DNA of 64,000 nt from Rhizodiscina lignyota (lineage: Eukaryota), in assembly GCA_010015805.1 (NCBI GenBank), contig ML978130.1, forward strand, positions 1 through 64,000, read 5' to 3'. Shown here in pieces: positions 26,017 to 38,760 of the stretch. Positions within the stretch are counted from its first letter, which is position 1, and the number at the start of each line of letters is the position of its first letter. Under the pieces are notes generated by a model. The model worked only from the letters and a program-made list of their open reading frames with translations. It ran no database searches and had not been told where the DNA came from. The position numbers and the translations under genes are program-made.

Positions 26017-28180
26017 ATGACTGCTCTGAATCATCCTGGAAGAGAACTAGAAGCTCCAGCTCAAGAGTCAGAAGTGCTATCAACAAAATTACAACCCCTC
26101 ACAGCCTCAATCTCAAAAACATGCTACTCTGATCTGGAAGTCGTGATGGAACAAGGACACGCTACAGAATGGAAACCTCAACGGCAGGAGTATCTCGTGA
26201 TTCTCACCTTGACGATGGTCTCGTTAATGGCTGCACTCGACGCTGCCATCTTAGTGTCCGCCCTTGAGGTGAGTTGATCTTCACTCGTGTGTGGTAAATG
26301 ATTAATGTCTCCTCTAGACAATTGCGACAAAACTCCATGGCAAAGCCATCGACACCTTCTGGGTCGGAACATCGTATCTGTTGGCATGTACGGTTTGTCA
26401 GCCTTTTATTTCTGCATTGTCCGACATCTTTGGCCGTCAAGAGCTCCTCCTCCCATCACTGGTATTATTCACGATCGGCGCCTTGATTTGCAGCCTCGCT
26501 CAGAACTTCACCGTTTTACTCATTGGGCGAAGCATCCGTACGTACTTTGCAGACTTCTGTCATCTACTGTTGATTGAGCTGACTGCTAAAACTCCCAGAG
26601 GGCATTGGGGGCGGCGGTATCATCACAATGGTGCAGGTCATCTTCGCGGACATGTATGGAATCTCTCTGAGTTATTGCTGTCTGCTCTCTGCTTACCCCG
26701 AAGTTTTCAGTGTTCCTTTGAGGCAAAGACCGAAGTATTGGTCCATAGTTCTGGCTGGGTGGAGTATAGGTTCCCTTATGGGTCCGCTGACGGGTGCACT
26801 GTTTGCTCAGGAGGCAACATGGCGATGGGTTTGCTATCCAGTCATACCAGTCTCAAGAAAGATGGCTAATATCGTCGTCGCAGGTTTTCTATATTAACTT
26901 CCCGTTTTGTGGCCTCGGATTTCTCATGATCCCTCTCTTCGTCAAGCTGGAAACTACCAAAACCTCCTTCGTCGAGAGGCTCATGCGCGTGGATTGGATG
27001 GGTGGTTTCCTCTTTATTGGCGGCCTGACCACCTTCTTAATCCCCATTACTGTATGTACTATTCCACCCGGACCTGGGATCCGGAATGCTGACTCAAGAA
27101 TCACAGTGGGGCGGCATCCAATTTCCCTGGAACAGCGCATCTACGATCGTTCCTCTTGTCCTCGGCACTATTGGCGTATTCGGATCTCTGGTCTGGGAAA
27201 AGTATAAAGCGAAAGAACCATTCCTACGGAAGTCCCTATTCAACAACGTCTCCGCTATCGCCGCCTATATCTGCGCTCTATGCCAGGGCTTGATTGTTAG
27301 TAATGTTCCATATAAGGTCACAATGAATTCATCTTCCCTTCATTCCTCCATTCTATCAATCATCGACACTGCTTCCCTCTATTTGTTCTCTTCACGGCTA
27401 ACTATTCCACCGCGTTAACCTATAGCTCTTCTGCGGCCTCTACTACGTCCCTTTCTACTTTATCTCTGTAAAATTTACAAGTACCGTCGCTTCAGGTGTC
27501 AACTTCTTCCCTGTGACAGCCTTCCTCCTTCCTGGCGCCGCCGTGACATCATCCCTGATCACGCGGTTGGGTCGCTTTCGCTGGGCCTTGGTACGGAACA
27601 ATTTTACGACATCTACCTCTCTCTGTTTTGCATAATATGCTGATTGCCGGCTACTCAGTGGCTTGGCTGGACCTTCGCAACGACAGGTGCCGGCCTCTTC
27701 ATACTACTGGACGTTAACACGCGCACGGCCGTGTGGGCAACCAGCTTCGTTGTATATGGCCTGGGGCACGGCATGATCCTCAGCGCAGTCAACTTCGCCA
27801 TCCAGACCATCGCCGATCCAGTGGACGCAGGCCGTGCAGCCAGCATGTATGCCTTTGTCCGTACGCTGGGCATGAGCATCGGAGTCGCAGTGGGAGGCTC
27901 TGTCTTCCAGAACCAGCTGAATGCCCGGCTACACGACCTCGGCGTCTCGGACGCGGACCATATTGCTAGGAATGCTGAGGCGTATGTTAAAGTGCTCACT
28001 GGCCTGAAGCGGAATGATCCTACGCGCGTGGTGGTTGTCGCGGCCTATGCCCATGGATTCCGTGGCGTCTGGATCGTTATGACTGGCATTTCGGCATTGG
28101 GTTTGTTGGCAAGCGTTTGTGTTCGAAGGCATAGCATGGATAAGGAGTTGGAAACTGAATATCAGTTAAGTCGGCGATAA
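26017..28180 (+). CDS. MFS drug:H+ antiporter-type (14-TMS/DHA2-like) efflux transporter, 8 exons
   Basis: SLMAALD, WVGTSYLL, LSDIFGR, GRSIQGIGGGG, WRW|VFYINFP, RVDWMG, FVRTLGMSIG; frame intact after splicing. Confidence 0.92.
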
Positions 28181-28749
28181 AGATAAAAAAAAGGGCTATA
28201 GAAGAGATAACCCGACTTTTCTTCCGCTAATAGCTGTAAAGTAGCATTGTTATATGCATTGTATAGTCTCCAGTGCTAGAACTCTTTAATAGAAAGCAGC
28301 ATAATTTACTTAGGTCTTTGTATGACTCGACTTTATAGAAGGTCTTTTCGTAATCGTGATTAGAGTAAGGCGAATTCGCCATGTCCAAAGTAGTTTGACA
28401 CAACGCGGCAAAATGTTCACATCCACTTGTTCAGATACTGATGGTGGATACAGTTTAAACGCATTTGTATCACATTCGAATTGTGCAAGGAAGCGCTACA
28501 CTGCTCCCGGAAATTGTTGCACTTGAGACGATTGCGGGCGAACTTCGGACGGAACGAAACGTTGAACGTTGAGCCGCATGTGCAATTGTCTCCAGCTTCC
28601 CAGTTTTTCATCAGTGTATGAGCGATATCAAGCATTTTGATCGTATCGTTGCGAGGTTTAAGCAGCGATATTCTGGAAAATAAAGCAGCTTTGAAACCGA
28701 TTGAGCTGAAGCAAAAGGGTGGTTGGCCCACCAAGCAGTTGTATGTACC

Positions 28750-29933
28750 ATGGCTGGGCGCAAACTGACTATAGAAGAGCTTGGAGTAGATCCTCTAAAC
28801 GATCAAGCAGAGGCATCGAAGTCATCCAGCGCAGTTTCAAATAGCCTGAATCCTATTTCCACTAAAGTTGAGTCGGATTCGGTTTCTCAGGACCCAGCTG
28901 ACCACCGGCCTGGCCGTCTCTACGCCATTGCCGACATTCATCTCTCGTTCCCCACGAACCGAGAAGCACTCGAGAAATTAGGTCAAGATGGGCAGCACAA
29001 GAGCGATGGTCTCATACTCTGTGGTGATATTGGTGAAACGCATGACCATCTTGAATTGGGCTTCAGAATCGCGACACAACGCTTCCGCACTGTCTGGTGG
29101 TGCCCGGGAAATCACGAACTCTACACGATGCCGGTTACCGACGCCTCTGCTGATGCCAGCGTGGCTAGAGGAGAGGCCAAATATGATGAATGCGTGCGGA
29201 TTGCCCGACAATACGGAGTCCTGACGCCCGAGGATCCATTCGTGATGTGGGAAGGTGAAGGCGGGCCCGTTGTCGTCACCCCAATATTCACATTGTACGA
29301 CTACTCATTCCGCCCAGATAATGTATCGCTTGATGAAGCGGTCGACTGGGCGAGAGAAACCGACGTTGAAGCAACAGATGAGCATCTATTACACTTCGAG
29401 CCTTACACAAGTCGACAGGACTGGTGCAATGTCCTGGTCTCAAAGTTTCATCAGAGGCTTTCAGAAGCCCAGGCAACTCACCCTGGAGTGCCGATGGTGA
29501 TTGCTAATCACTGGCCTTTACGTCAAGATCTCGTCTACCTCCGTCACATCCCAAGATTCAGCATCTGGTGCGGGACAACGTTAACGTCGAACTGGCACAA
29601 AGAATTTGAGGCAAAGGTAGTTGTGAGCGGACATTTGCACATTCGAAGAACAGACTGGAAAGACGGGACAAGGTTTGAGGAAAGCAGCTTGGGATATCCG
29701 CGCCAGTAAGTGAAGTCCGTGTTATGTTGGCGAGATGCTTATATTCAACGAGATGGAAGGACTGCATGGACATGGGAATGGACATCAATGGGTTCTTGCG
29801 GGAGATACTGCCAGGACCGCCAGCTCCGGAAGGCGGTAATGCGCCTACGCTCTGGAGAAGATGTGATCAAGCATCGTACAATCCGGCCGAACTGTTTGTG
29901 AAGAAACCGAAGACTTCAAGCGGAATCACATAG
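28750..29933 (+). CDS. Calcineurin-like metallophosphoesterase, PptH (phosphopantetheinyl hydrolase)-like; intron 29706-29752
   Basis: DIH, GD, PGNHELYT, NHWP and GHLH metal motifs plus GVLTPEDPF, LYDYSF, ATDE, FSIWCGT, RFEESSLGYPRQ|W and LREILP. Confidence 0.85.
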
Positions 29934-31559
29934 GCGCAGACAATTCATGGAAATGTCAAACCGTCCTTGCTCAATCACGATAATTATTGCAGTTCTTCAC
30001 TTCTGTACCAGCCGTATCCCTTTGTCTCCTGCTTTCCATTTCGTCCACGCCTCAAGACTGTAGCCTCGAGAAAGTTGTGCGTTGCAAGGAGTAAACGATG
30101 TGATCGAAAGAGATGTCTTCATATTCCGATGTAAAGAAATGATTCGCGTTCAACATTCGTAATTGCGGAGGATGATAAGAACGTATCCCTGCCTCGAAAT
30201 TACAGTTAGCGCCTAATATCAGCATATTTGCGCCATCTGCTTCCATCGAAGGCGGTGAGGAGGTTTGGCCATGGCTTCAAGGCATTGAACGACTGTGATG
30301 TATGTCCATTACCAACCAGTCATTGGTGTCATTCGACGGTTTGCTGCCGTTGCATACACTGCAAAGAGTGAAGAGCAAGCTTTCGAGATAGTCTCGATTA
30401 CCCCGAGTGCAAAAGGTGCTCGACCTCCGGTACTGTAGCTTCATGTTGGCGAGCGGCCAGACTCCATTTGTGGGTGCCAGCCTCTGCTTCTGCCTTAAGT
30501 GTCGCTCTGAGCAGTCATCATGGAGAAGATGCTTTGGATATAGTAGCGGCCGCTGCTCCCGCTCGTGCAATGTACTGTTCGAAGAAGGTCTATGGGTCGG
30601 TTCGACGCATCTACGGTTGGAGTCCGTTTCGGCGAGCGGTGTAAGGGATGACAGGCTGTGTGGACGATGTGGAGGATCGAGTGTGAGATTTTAATGGCAA
30701 GGTGGGTCTTAAAGCCTCCATTGTATACGCCGAGGCTATAATTTCGAGCAATTGATCAATATTGTCAGTTCGTCGTGTGTCCATCACGTCGAATCGCGAC
30801 CACAGCAAAGCACGTGAGCACGCGCATCCGGCCCGGGAAAACAAAAGACCGACTCAAGAAACACGTCGTCTCATCTTCTAGACATTTCATAATGGAGAAC
30901 ATTGCATGAGATAATTCGTTTTCCGTAGAAAAGAACGTGAACTCAATTTAAAATGTCCGTCGTTTGCATTGAAGTGCAGTTGGACGGATAGGGACAGATT
31001 ACGATACCGTAAGCAAAGCGCTTTTGGGGAGAGGCAAGTAGCTCGAAGTCGAGAACAACGATTCATATTGTCAGTTGTCAGTGAGATAGAGATCCCATAA
31101 AGTGAGACGTGGAAAAGCTTGGGTAGAATCATCGCCATGGTCTGGTGTGGAAGAAGTGGCGGATTCAGCGAGGTTGGAAGGTTTTCCTTCGGCATCACCA
31201 ATCAACATCAAACGAAACGCGATTTCCATGGAACATACCATCTCCTCTAATTCTTTAGCTATCGTCCTTGGATCATGCCTGACGAAGTCACTTTGATGGC
31301 CAGCAAGAGTTTGAGTACTACACGTGGAATACCCGCCACAGCCTGGCACTTTCACAGCGGCTTCAAATGATATTAATGAGACACAACACCACTAAACACA
31401 CAGTGGCGCTGTCTGGGACAACTTCGGCTTCTTTATTCCCAGAGAAATCTGCGGCCCGACGCACCACAGGCGCATATTTAAACTTCGCTGCCCATCCTAG
31501 ATTCGTAAACTTTGCTCGCACGAAATTTCACCGCCCACACAAAGCATCTGCTCAACAAA

Positions 31560-32240
31560 ATGGGTAACTCCTCCTCCACTACATCCTCCTCTCAAGCAGG
31601 AGAAGATTCCATGTCCAGTAACGCGGATACGCCTCACGTTGACCAGTCATCACAGCCTGTGCCCAGCGCTGTCGTTCCCTCTTCTCTTGACGGTCGGGAT
31701 ACCTCTGCAACATCTGGTCAACCAACTTCGGTTGACCAACTTCCCGACGAACAGCAAGCTATGCTCAAAAAGTGGATGCGTAGCACCATGATGAAACTCC
31801 ATCGCCGTCTTCGTGTTGAGAGCCAAGCCTTCCACACCAAACACACAAACTCCTTGCGCCAACTTCGGAACCGTCTTCGCACTGGGATGGAATCTCTGCG
31901 CACAGATTTTGAAACAGGCTTGCGCGAACTTCGGGACCTTCTCCACTCCGAAACGGAATCTCGCCGCACTGAGGTCGCAACCGTCCAGCGCGAACTTCAG
32001 GACCATTTTCGCACCGAGATCGAAACTATCCGTGCCGAAGTCACAACCTCACTGCGCAAGGACATTGATGAACTCGAGGATCGGCTACCCAAAATCATCA
32101 ACGACCAAACCCATGCACATCAGGAGCGCTCGGCGGAGCAATCACAGATCATCACAAGTCTGCTTCTCGAGATGCAGCGTTTGAAGACCCAGGTGCAGCG
32201 CTTGTCCGCTGCATTGGAGAAGAATGGTGGAGATGCCTAA
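31560..32240 (+). CDS. Hypothetical helical/coiled-coil protein with four 22-aa repeats and an N-myristoylation-like start
   Basis: Clean intronless ORF, start context aaaATGG, N-terminus MGNSSS, visible 66-nt periodicity. Confidence 0.75.
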   Translation: MGNSSSTTSSSQAGEDSMSSNADTPHVDQSSQPVPSAVVPSSLDGRDTSATSGQPTSVDQLPDEQQAMLKKWMRSTMMKLHRRLRVESQAFHTKHTNSLRQLRNRLRTGMESLRTDFETGLRELRDLLHSETESRRTEVATVQRELQDHFRTEIETIRAEVTTSLRKDIDELEDRLPKIINDQTHAHQERSAEQSQIITSLLLEMQRLKTQVQRLSAALEKNGGDA

Positions 32241-33112
32241 AGTCTCATTTTGCCCTTTATTTGCCAACACATTGCAAATCGACAACCACCAACCGCTTCT
32301 TGGTATTTCTTGTGAATTTTCTTGCTCTTGGCACCATTTCTTTCGCTTGCAGTGAACGGACACGACTTTTCTTGATCACTGCAAGCGCGAGGGGAGATTT
32401 CTCCCCTCGGCCCGGCGATGAGATAGCACCTTCACGCGGTGCCGGGCGTCAGTAGCCTCATTGAGGCGAAGCTAAGACTATCTCAATGACTTCTAATTTG
32501 CCATCCCGATGAACCGCCTCTCAAAGTCGCCCTCGACGCCATCGTACTGTACAGGTAACAGTCACCTCGATTCGAGTCACTACCCCCATCGAATGCCTCA
32601 TCGTTGATACAGCGTTGCCCGAAGACTCATAAGGATTGGAAGGAAGCGCATCATGGCGGATGAGGAAGTAGCGGATGAGAATTGGTGGAGCAAGACAATG
32701 TTGGAGCATGTAATTAGAGCTTTTGAAGGAAGCGCGTGTAGTGCGGAAGAAGAATTGGTGGTTTCAGGTACTTGAAATGACTAGGCTATTCTCGCAATTA
32801 ATTTTCATGTGCCATCTGACAATTGACCGGTTGCAAGTCGTGCTGCTCTGCTATGATGCTGCACTATTTCGATAACCATCAGTCTCTTCTATTCTGAACC
32901 TTTCTTCACCTTGTGAGAGCGTGTCCCCAAATTTTTTGGACTCTATTCTATTCCCTCATTCGCTTCCAAGGCCGTATAGCAAAATTATCGGGGAGAATCT
33001 TGCTCCCTTTCAAGTACATGACCTGATCGCCCTTATCGTTGGCATTCTAGCTTCCCAAAGGGCCGACGAATTTCTCACCCTGAAACTTCAACAATGTGCT
33101 CTATGGATTCTA

Positions 33113-33646
33113 TTACAATGAAGGTTTTGCAGCAACGAATAAAGACTTTGCACTCGCGTAAACATGTCCCTCACCATCTTCTATCACGGCTTTAACCCAA
33201 ACCTTCCGCCGATCAATCTCTATCACCCACGCACGAGAGAAGATAACGCAAGGTGTATTGATGGGCGCTTTGAAATCTACCGTGATTGTTGCGGTCGCCG
33301 GCGGATTTGGATCAGGTTTCATGTGATGCGAAGCAGAACCGGAAACTTGATCGAGAACGAGCGCATTGAAGCCGCCATGCGCCCTTCCTCTCTTCCCGTC
33401 TAAGCCGTTCCCGATAGACATGAGAAAGCAAGCTTCAGTCCCTTCTATAGCGTCGGGCTCTTCGCTCGGTCTGCTGAATGCAAGGTGTGCGCGGATTCCA
33501 TGCTCTGTGTATAGCGTCTGCTCGAACATGGCATTTGTGACGGTTTTGCCATGATATCTGTCGGGGACTTGTTCTCTCCATTTGAGGTTCGGGTCCGCAA
33601 GGAGCTTTTTACACCAGGGTGTGTCAAAGTCAGGATGAATTGTCAT
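33113..33646 (-). CDS. Hotdog-fold (PaaI/THEM4-like) thioesterase
   Basis: GRAHGGFNALVLDQ, TATITVDFKAPINTP, RKVWVKAVIEDGEG. Confidence 0.88.
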   Translation of the reverse strand: MTIHPDFDTPWCKKLLADPNLKWREQVPDRYHGKTVTNAMFEQTLYTEHGIRAHLAFSRPSEEPDAIEGTEACFLMSIGNGLDGKRGRAHGGFNALVLDQVSGSASHHMKPDPNPPATATITVDFKAPINTPCVIFSRAWVIEIDRRKVWVKAVIEDGEGHVYASAKSLFVAAKPSL

Positions 33647-34260
33647 CGTGCGGATATGATTGTGCGGATATGATTGCGTTGTTGGATTGTAGCAGTGCTG
33701 AGAATGTAGTCGTCCTCGAACAGATATCGAGAGCTGGGATTGAAGGGTGCTCGACTGGAGATATTGAAGTTAAACAAATGCTCCTTGATCTCTATGCGCC
33801 AATCGCTGTTCTATGACAGTGTCCCTTAACAATCAGCCAATACCAAAAATTCAAAGAGGCTCGCGAATCAAACACCTGTTGAAGCAATTGCCCGAAATTG
33901 CCGATGGAGTGATACGTAGGACGATGAGCCGAGGTTGCTCTCAGACGGGGCAAGAACTGTGACATTCGACCATTTCAGGTAGCGTCACAAATACACAATA
34001 TCTCATGATTTTAGAGCAAAGCTATAATGTTAGCTCTTATAAAAAGTGGCAATGTGGTAATTAACGCTGCGCGCATTGAGCAGTCCTTCTTGGAGATTTC
34101 CTACGTTAAGGAGAACCCAGTTGTAATGGTGTGAGAATTCCGACCGACACTCCAAATGCACCAGATATCCCTCTCCATATTCGCCTCAAGCCCCTGGCGT
34201 CCTTTCTGGTAGGAGTTAGCCTTGTGCAGCATCGCATACGATAGCATTCCTTCGCTCAAT

Positions 34261-35216
34261 ATGTCACGGCGACGCGCACTCGGCCATTTTACCGCCCAGA
34301 TCGCTCGTCCTTCAGGCTTCAGCGACAGGCGTTCAAGCTCAAATTCCTACAAAGTTTACTCATGCAGCACCTCCCTCATAGACAGATGTCAGCGAAGCAT
34401 CGGATGCCCATACTCTGTACGAAATAAATGCACTTATGGATGACCTTGATTTCTTGTCGCAAAGTCCGGCCGCGTTTACCTACGATCGCATCCTTCAGGT
34501 TGTCTGAGCGGCACCTCAGGCTTGTTCAAGTATTCGCGCGTAATGACAGAGAAGTCGCCAGGGAGTTGATCTCAGGGGACCAGAGTTGTACCAAATCGAG
34601 CCTTGCTGACAAGCAGATCCGCAGAAAGAATCTAATGTGTCATATGCTACTTAGCGCTGCTAGCGAGGCTGGAGATCACCTTGCAAGACTTGATCATGCC
34701 CTTGAACGTTTACTTATTTTAAGATTGCACATCCTTCGCTGGACGATACTGAGGCGGCTCAGCGAGCTTGTGCCGTACTCGAGAGGCTACCCGCAGAATA
34801 TCAAGAGTACCACGGCTCAAAACGGTTGCCTTCGATATTGCAAAGCCTCTGAACAGACAATGTCAATATCGCACGTATGCATCGATAGACTTTGCAGCAA
34901 TCCGAACCATCTCGACGATATAGCAGGCATTGGTAAATGTTTGCACGAGAAATTTTGCACATTGTGTCTGGAACTGGGATACGATTCGTATTGGATCAAT
35001 ACTGCCTGCGTGCCAACGAACACGGTAGTGTTAAAAGAGGCTTTGAGTCACACTAATTCAATCTTTGAACGCAGTAAATTGACTCTCATTTGTCATCGAG
35101 ACATATTGAGTACAGAAGCACCTGGATCGAAGGAGACCGAGATCAATTCTATAGAAAACTTTCTAGCTATTAGCGGAAAGACCTGCAACATCCCCACCAC
35201 TATATCTTCTAAGTAA
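34261..35216 (+). pseudogene. HET-domain-like gene relic (copy 1), 3'-truncated
   Basis: LRYCKASEQTMSISHV, GYDSYWINTACVP, TNSIFERSKLTLICHRD; upstream frame breaks. Confidence 0.65.
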
Positions 35217-35249
35217 GCCGGAACCACGAGGATCACTTGGCAATGCCAC

Positions 35250-36953
35250 TTAGTCACCCTTGTGGGCGGCATACTTGCTAAACTGCCTGACCTTTGGTCC
35301 CCAGATGTACAGCACATACGGGATTGGAGTCAGCGCCGCGGCGATGCATGCCATAATGGTGAGCGTGTATTGCGGACCCAAGTTGCCATAGAACGGAATG
35401 CCGACAACAGTCATGCCGCCGGCTGCCAGATAGCGCACGAGTGCGACGAATGTCAGCGCCGAGGCGGCGTAGATCTCGTAGCTGTCGATGATGTACATGT
35501 AGCCGCAGAGGAAGATGCTGATGGCACCATAACCGAATATGGTCGAGGCGATGATGGGAGACCAGATGGAGATGCGCGCAACGTTGGTCCAAGCCATCCA
35601 GAACAGGCTGACGGGTAGCGAGAGGGAGCCGCCGATCATAGCGAACCACAAACGCTGCTCGGGGGCGATGCCTGCCTTTCCCTCGCCCTGACGCTGCTCA
35701 AGATGCTTCTTTGTCCAGAAGTAAAGAATCGGAACGAGCAAGGAACCGAGCAGGATGCCGACAAGCATGGCGGCGAATATGGTAAAGGTGAGACCTTGCG
35801 AGATGCCGTAAACGTCGCCAAAAATGCTCGGATAGCCCACGAAGAGGACAATGTAGAGGACAGCAAAGTGCAGTGTCATGAGTGCGACGATGAGCTCGAC
35901 CAGGACGAAGGGCCGCGCCAGCGCAACCTTGATCTTTGTGAAGAATGTCTGGTGAATAATCTCCGTCTCGGAAAGGAATCGGCTGTCGCCAGTGATTTTG
36001 CGGAGATGCTGCGCTCGCCATTTCAGAATAATAGGGCCGTACGGTTCTGGCTGGAAGAGGACCACAACGGCTAGCATGAATCCGCCAGCGATCAAAGACT
36101 CAGCCCAACGTTAGCTCACGCTGGAGGGACTAATCCATGCGGAGACGACTGGTCCCAGCATGGGACCGCTAAAGGTCCGCAACCGTGCCACCCGATAGTG
36201 TGAGGATTGGTGATCCACTGAGGCCGGCTAGGAAACGAAAGGTAATCTGCGCACCGATATTGGGAGCCAGTCTGACGCCATGATCCAGATAAGGAACGAC
36301 ACCAAAAACCCGAGATAGACTGGGTTGCGACCATATGTCTCGGAAAGGGGGCCGGCCAGTAGTGTTCCCAGTCCGAAGCCGATCAGATAATTTGCGGTAG
36401 CCAGAGACTCCACGACATCGCTGACGCCGAATTCCTGTGCCGCCTGTGGTAAGACTGCAGAGTCTATCGACGATGCCATGGTGATGACGAGGCCCACAAA
36501 GCCGACGGTGAGGACCATGCGGGCTTTCTTGAAGGCGCCGAAGCTATGTGGTTTGTGAGGGTGGTCTTCTCCGTTCCAGCCGACGACAAAGACACGACCA
36601 CCCATGCCCTCGTGTGTGGCACGGTAGCGAGCGTCCACACCATCCAAAGCGTGGCCCAGCGTATTCCGTTCGGCCTCGTGTGTCGTAACACGTTCCGCCG
36701 AAAGACTCTGGTGGAAATGGTTCAGTGCCTCGTCCTCGACGGGCGCCTCGCTTGATATGGAGCCGGCTTGATTAGATCTCAGCCTGTCGAAGGCTTCTTC
36801 CTCTGGACTTTCTTCTGCCTCTTTTTGAGGTCGCTCACCTTCACTTGACGTATCGCTTGCAAGTTCCGGATGCACAGGAGGCTTCTCTTCATCGTTTCCA
36901 ATTTGCTTTTGAACAGCTTGACCGAGCCGGCGGTAGCCCAGAAACGACTGCAT
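35250..36953 (-). pseudogene. MFS DHA1-type (12-TMS) transporter pseudogene
   Basis: GPLSETYGR, PEQRLW, YIIDSYEIYAASAL; frameshift near 36270, TAG plus deletion near 36170, TAA replacing Trp at 36111-36113. Confidence 0.88.
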
Positions 36954-37399
36954 GATGTTCGATCAATCGACGCACGTCTTGGTGGAGTGGATCGGACGCG
37001 ACCGAACTGGTGCTGGATTTTGTATCAACAAAGTGATGGCTGAGGATGCTGAGCATGTTGGACTTCTGTCAACCATTGTGGTCCGCTTGATATATATGGC
37101 CCAGTAACGTGATGGCAGCTATGACGCGGAGAGAATCCGACTGGGGTCTCATGGTGTTGATGATTGAATTTCCAATGCCAGAAAAGTAGACTGCATGTTT
37201 CGTACGGGAGCCGCCAAAGTTGCAGCTCGCAGCATCGCGGCGTCAAAACTTAAGTGGAGCACAATTTCGTCACGCACGTGATCGGTTAACCTGATGGAGA
37301 TTCTAGTCGTCTTGCCGCACTGCGGCATCGTTCAACACGCCAGGGAAGCTTTTTTGACTTTGCAGGTCCTGGTTGATCCTGCTACTGGACTCTCGCACG

Positions 37400-38760
37400 A
37401 TATGCAGTCCGGACCATCAGGTTATTAAGCAGCCTTGCATCATCTACTGCGGCACTATTGCGGCACGCCGAATACGTACTGGCTGGACATGATCTGTGGC
37501 TTCTCAGACCGAAAAGACCTTGATATCGGCGCTACATTCCACTCCTTTCCTAGATTAGGAATCCACGAGATTCGCCACTTCGTGTTCTCTATGTGCTCTA
37601 ACATCTATCCAATACTCGGAAAGAGATCCTGAACTAGGTGAGATCGAAGACAGACGACTTTGTCAGAAGCTTGCAGGGGTTGCAAACGCTTGATCTAGGA
37701 CAAAGGGCTACTTGAAAGTTTCGGGTAGTAGAGCCGTTGATGTTTCTCGTTGTTCATCGAAGATCGAATACTGCAGAGCGGACAAGCGGACTCTTGCAAT
37801 ATCACACGTCTGGAGTCATGGCCAGGGAGGGAGACCCGGCACCGGCATCAACGAGTGTCCATAGACACGGATACAAATCATATTGGATCGATACAGCCTG
37901 CATCACAGAGGACCACAACCTTCGGAAAGAGACGACCACTCATATCAACGATATTTTTGCATAGAGCACTCTCATCTGCGATCGAGATCTGTCTTCGCTG
38001 AGACCCCCCCAAAACAAAACAAAAAGGGATGAAGACGATGTTACGCAGGCGGAGCGGCTATTAGTGACACTGCTAGTCTGCGATTGATGTGAGAGCTTGG
38101 ACTCTGCTGGAATCACTTCGAGGAGAGCACATACACATCCTGTGTGCAAAAACCAGCTGGTATCGGTCAGAGGACGCAAAGAATATCCTTGAGAGGTGTG
38201 CTGTGGACGTTGCGGTCCTTGCCTTAACTCCCAAGCACTTCTGTCGAGCTACTCAGATGAGATTCAAGACCACGGAAGCTAGTGCCACGCTTAGCCATAG
38301 ATATGCTACAAGAGAAGGAGATGATGTCGTGATATGGAGCCTTTTGTGCGTACGACGAACCTCAGATATTACACTCTACCCATCGGTCTTTTGGAAGTCA
38401 ATGATGGGCGCGTATCTTAACACCGGTTACTTGATGTCCAGTACGCCGCGTCTGGAAGGCGTTAAGGGCTTCGGCTGGGCGCCATGCAGTCCAAATATAC
38501 GGCCACTCGGACACCAAATCTACCGACGCTCCAGCTATTCCCTAACAATGATGTTGACGCTGCCATGTACACGAGGTCGTGTGAGTCGGATGGTGATTGT
38601 ACGGGGCGAAGGAAAGCGCAGGAACATTGTCCAAGGTGGCATACAAAGCATGTGCAAGGAGGTTAATCAAAGCCTGGACGACCGGTTTCTTTACTATCAA
38701 TTCAAGAGGCGCAGATTTATGTTCCAATGTGAAGGGTATACTCTGTCCTTCTGTTGAGTA
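37400..38760 (+). pseudogene. HET-domain-like gene relic (copy 2)
   Basis: IEYCRADKRTLAISHVWSHGQGGRP, then frameshifted HGYKSYWIDTACI..HINDIF*, LLVTLLVCD*, RAWTLLES, LSHRYATREGDDVVIWSLL; limits approximate. Confidence 0.72.

Noticed and set aside
30050..31355. Broken minus-strand ORF fragments
   Set aside because: May be a decayed gene, but I recognise no family motif
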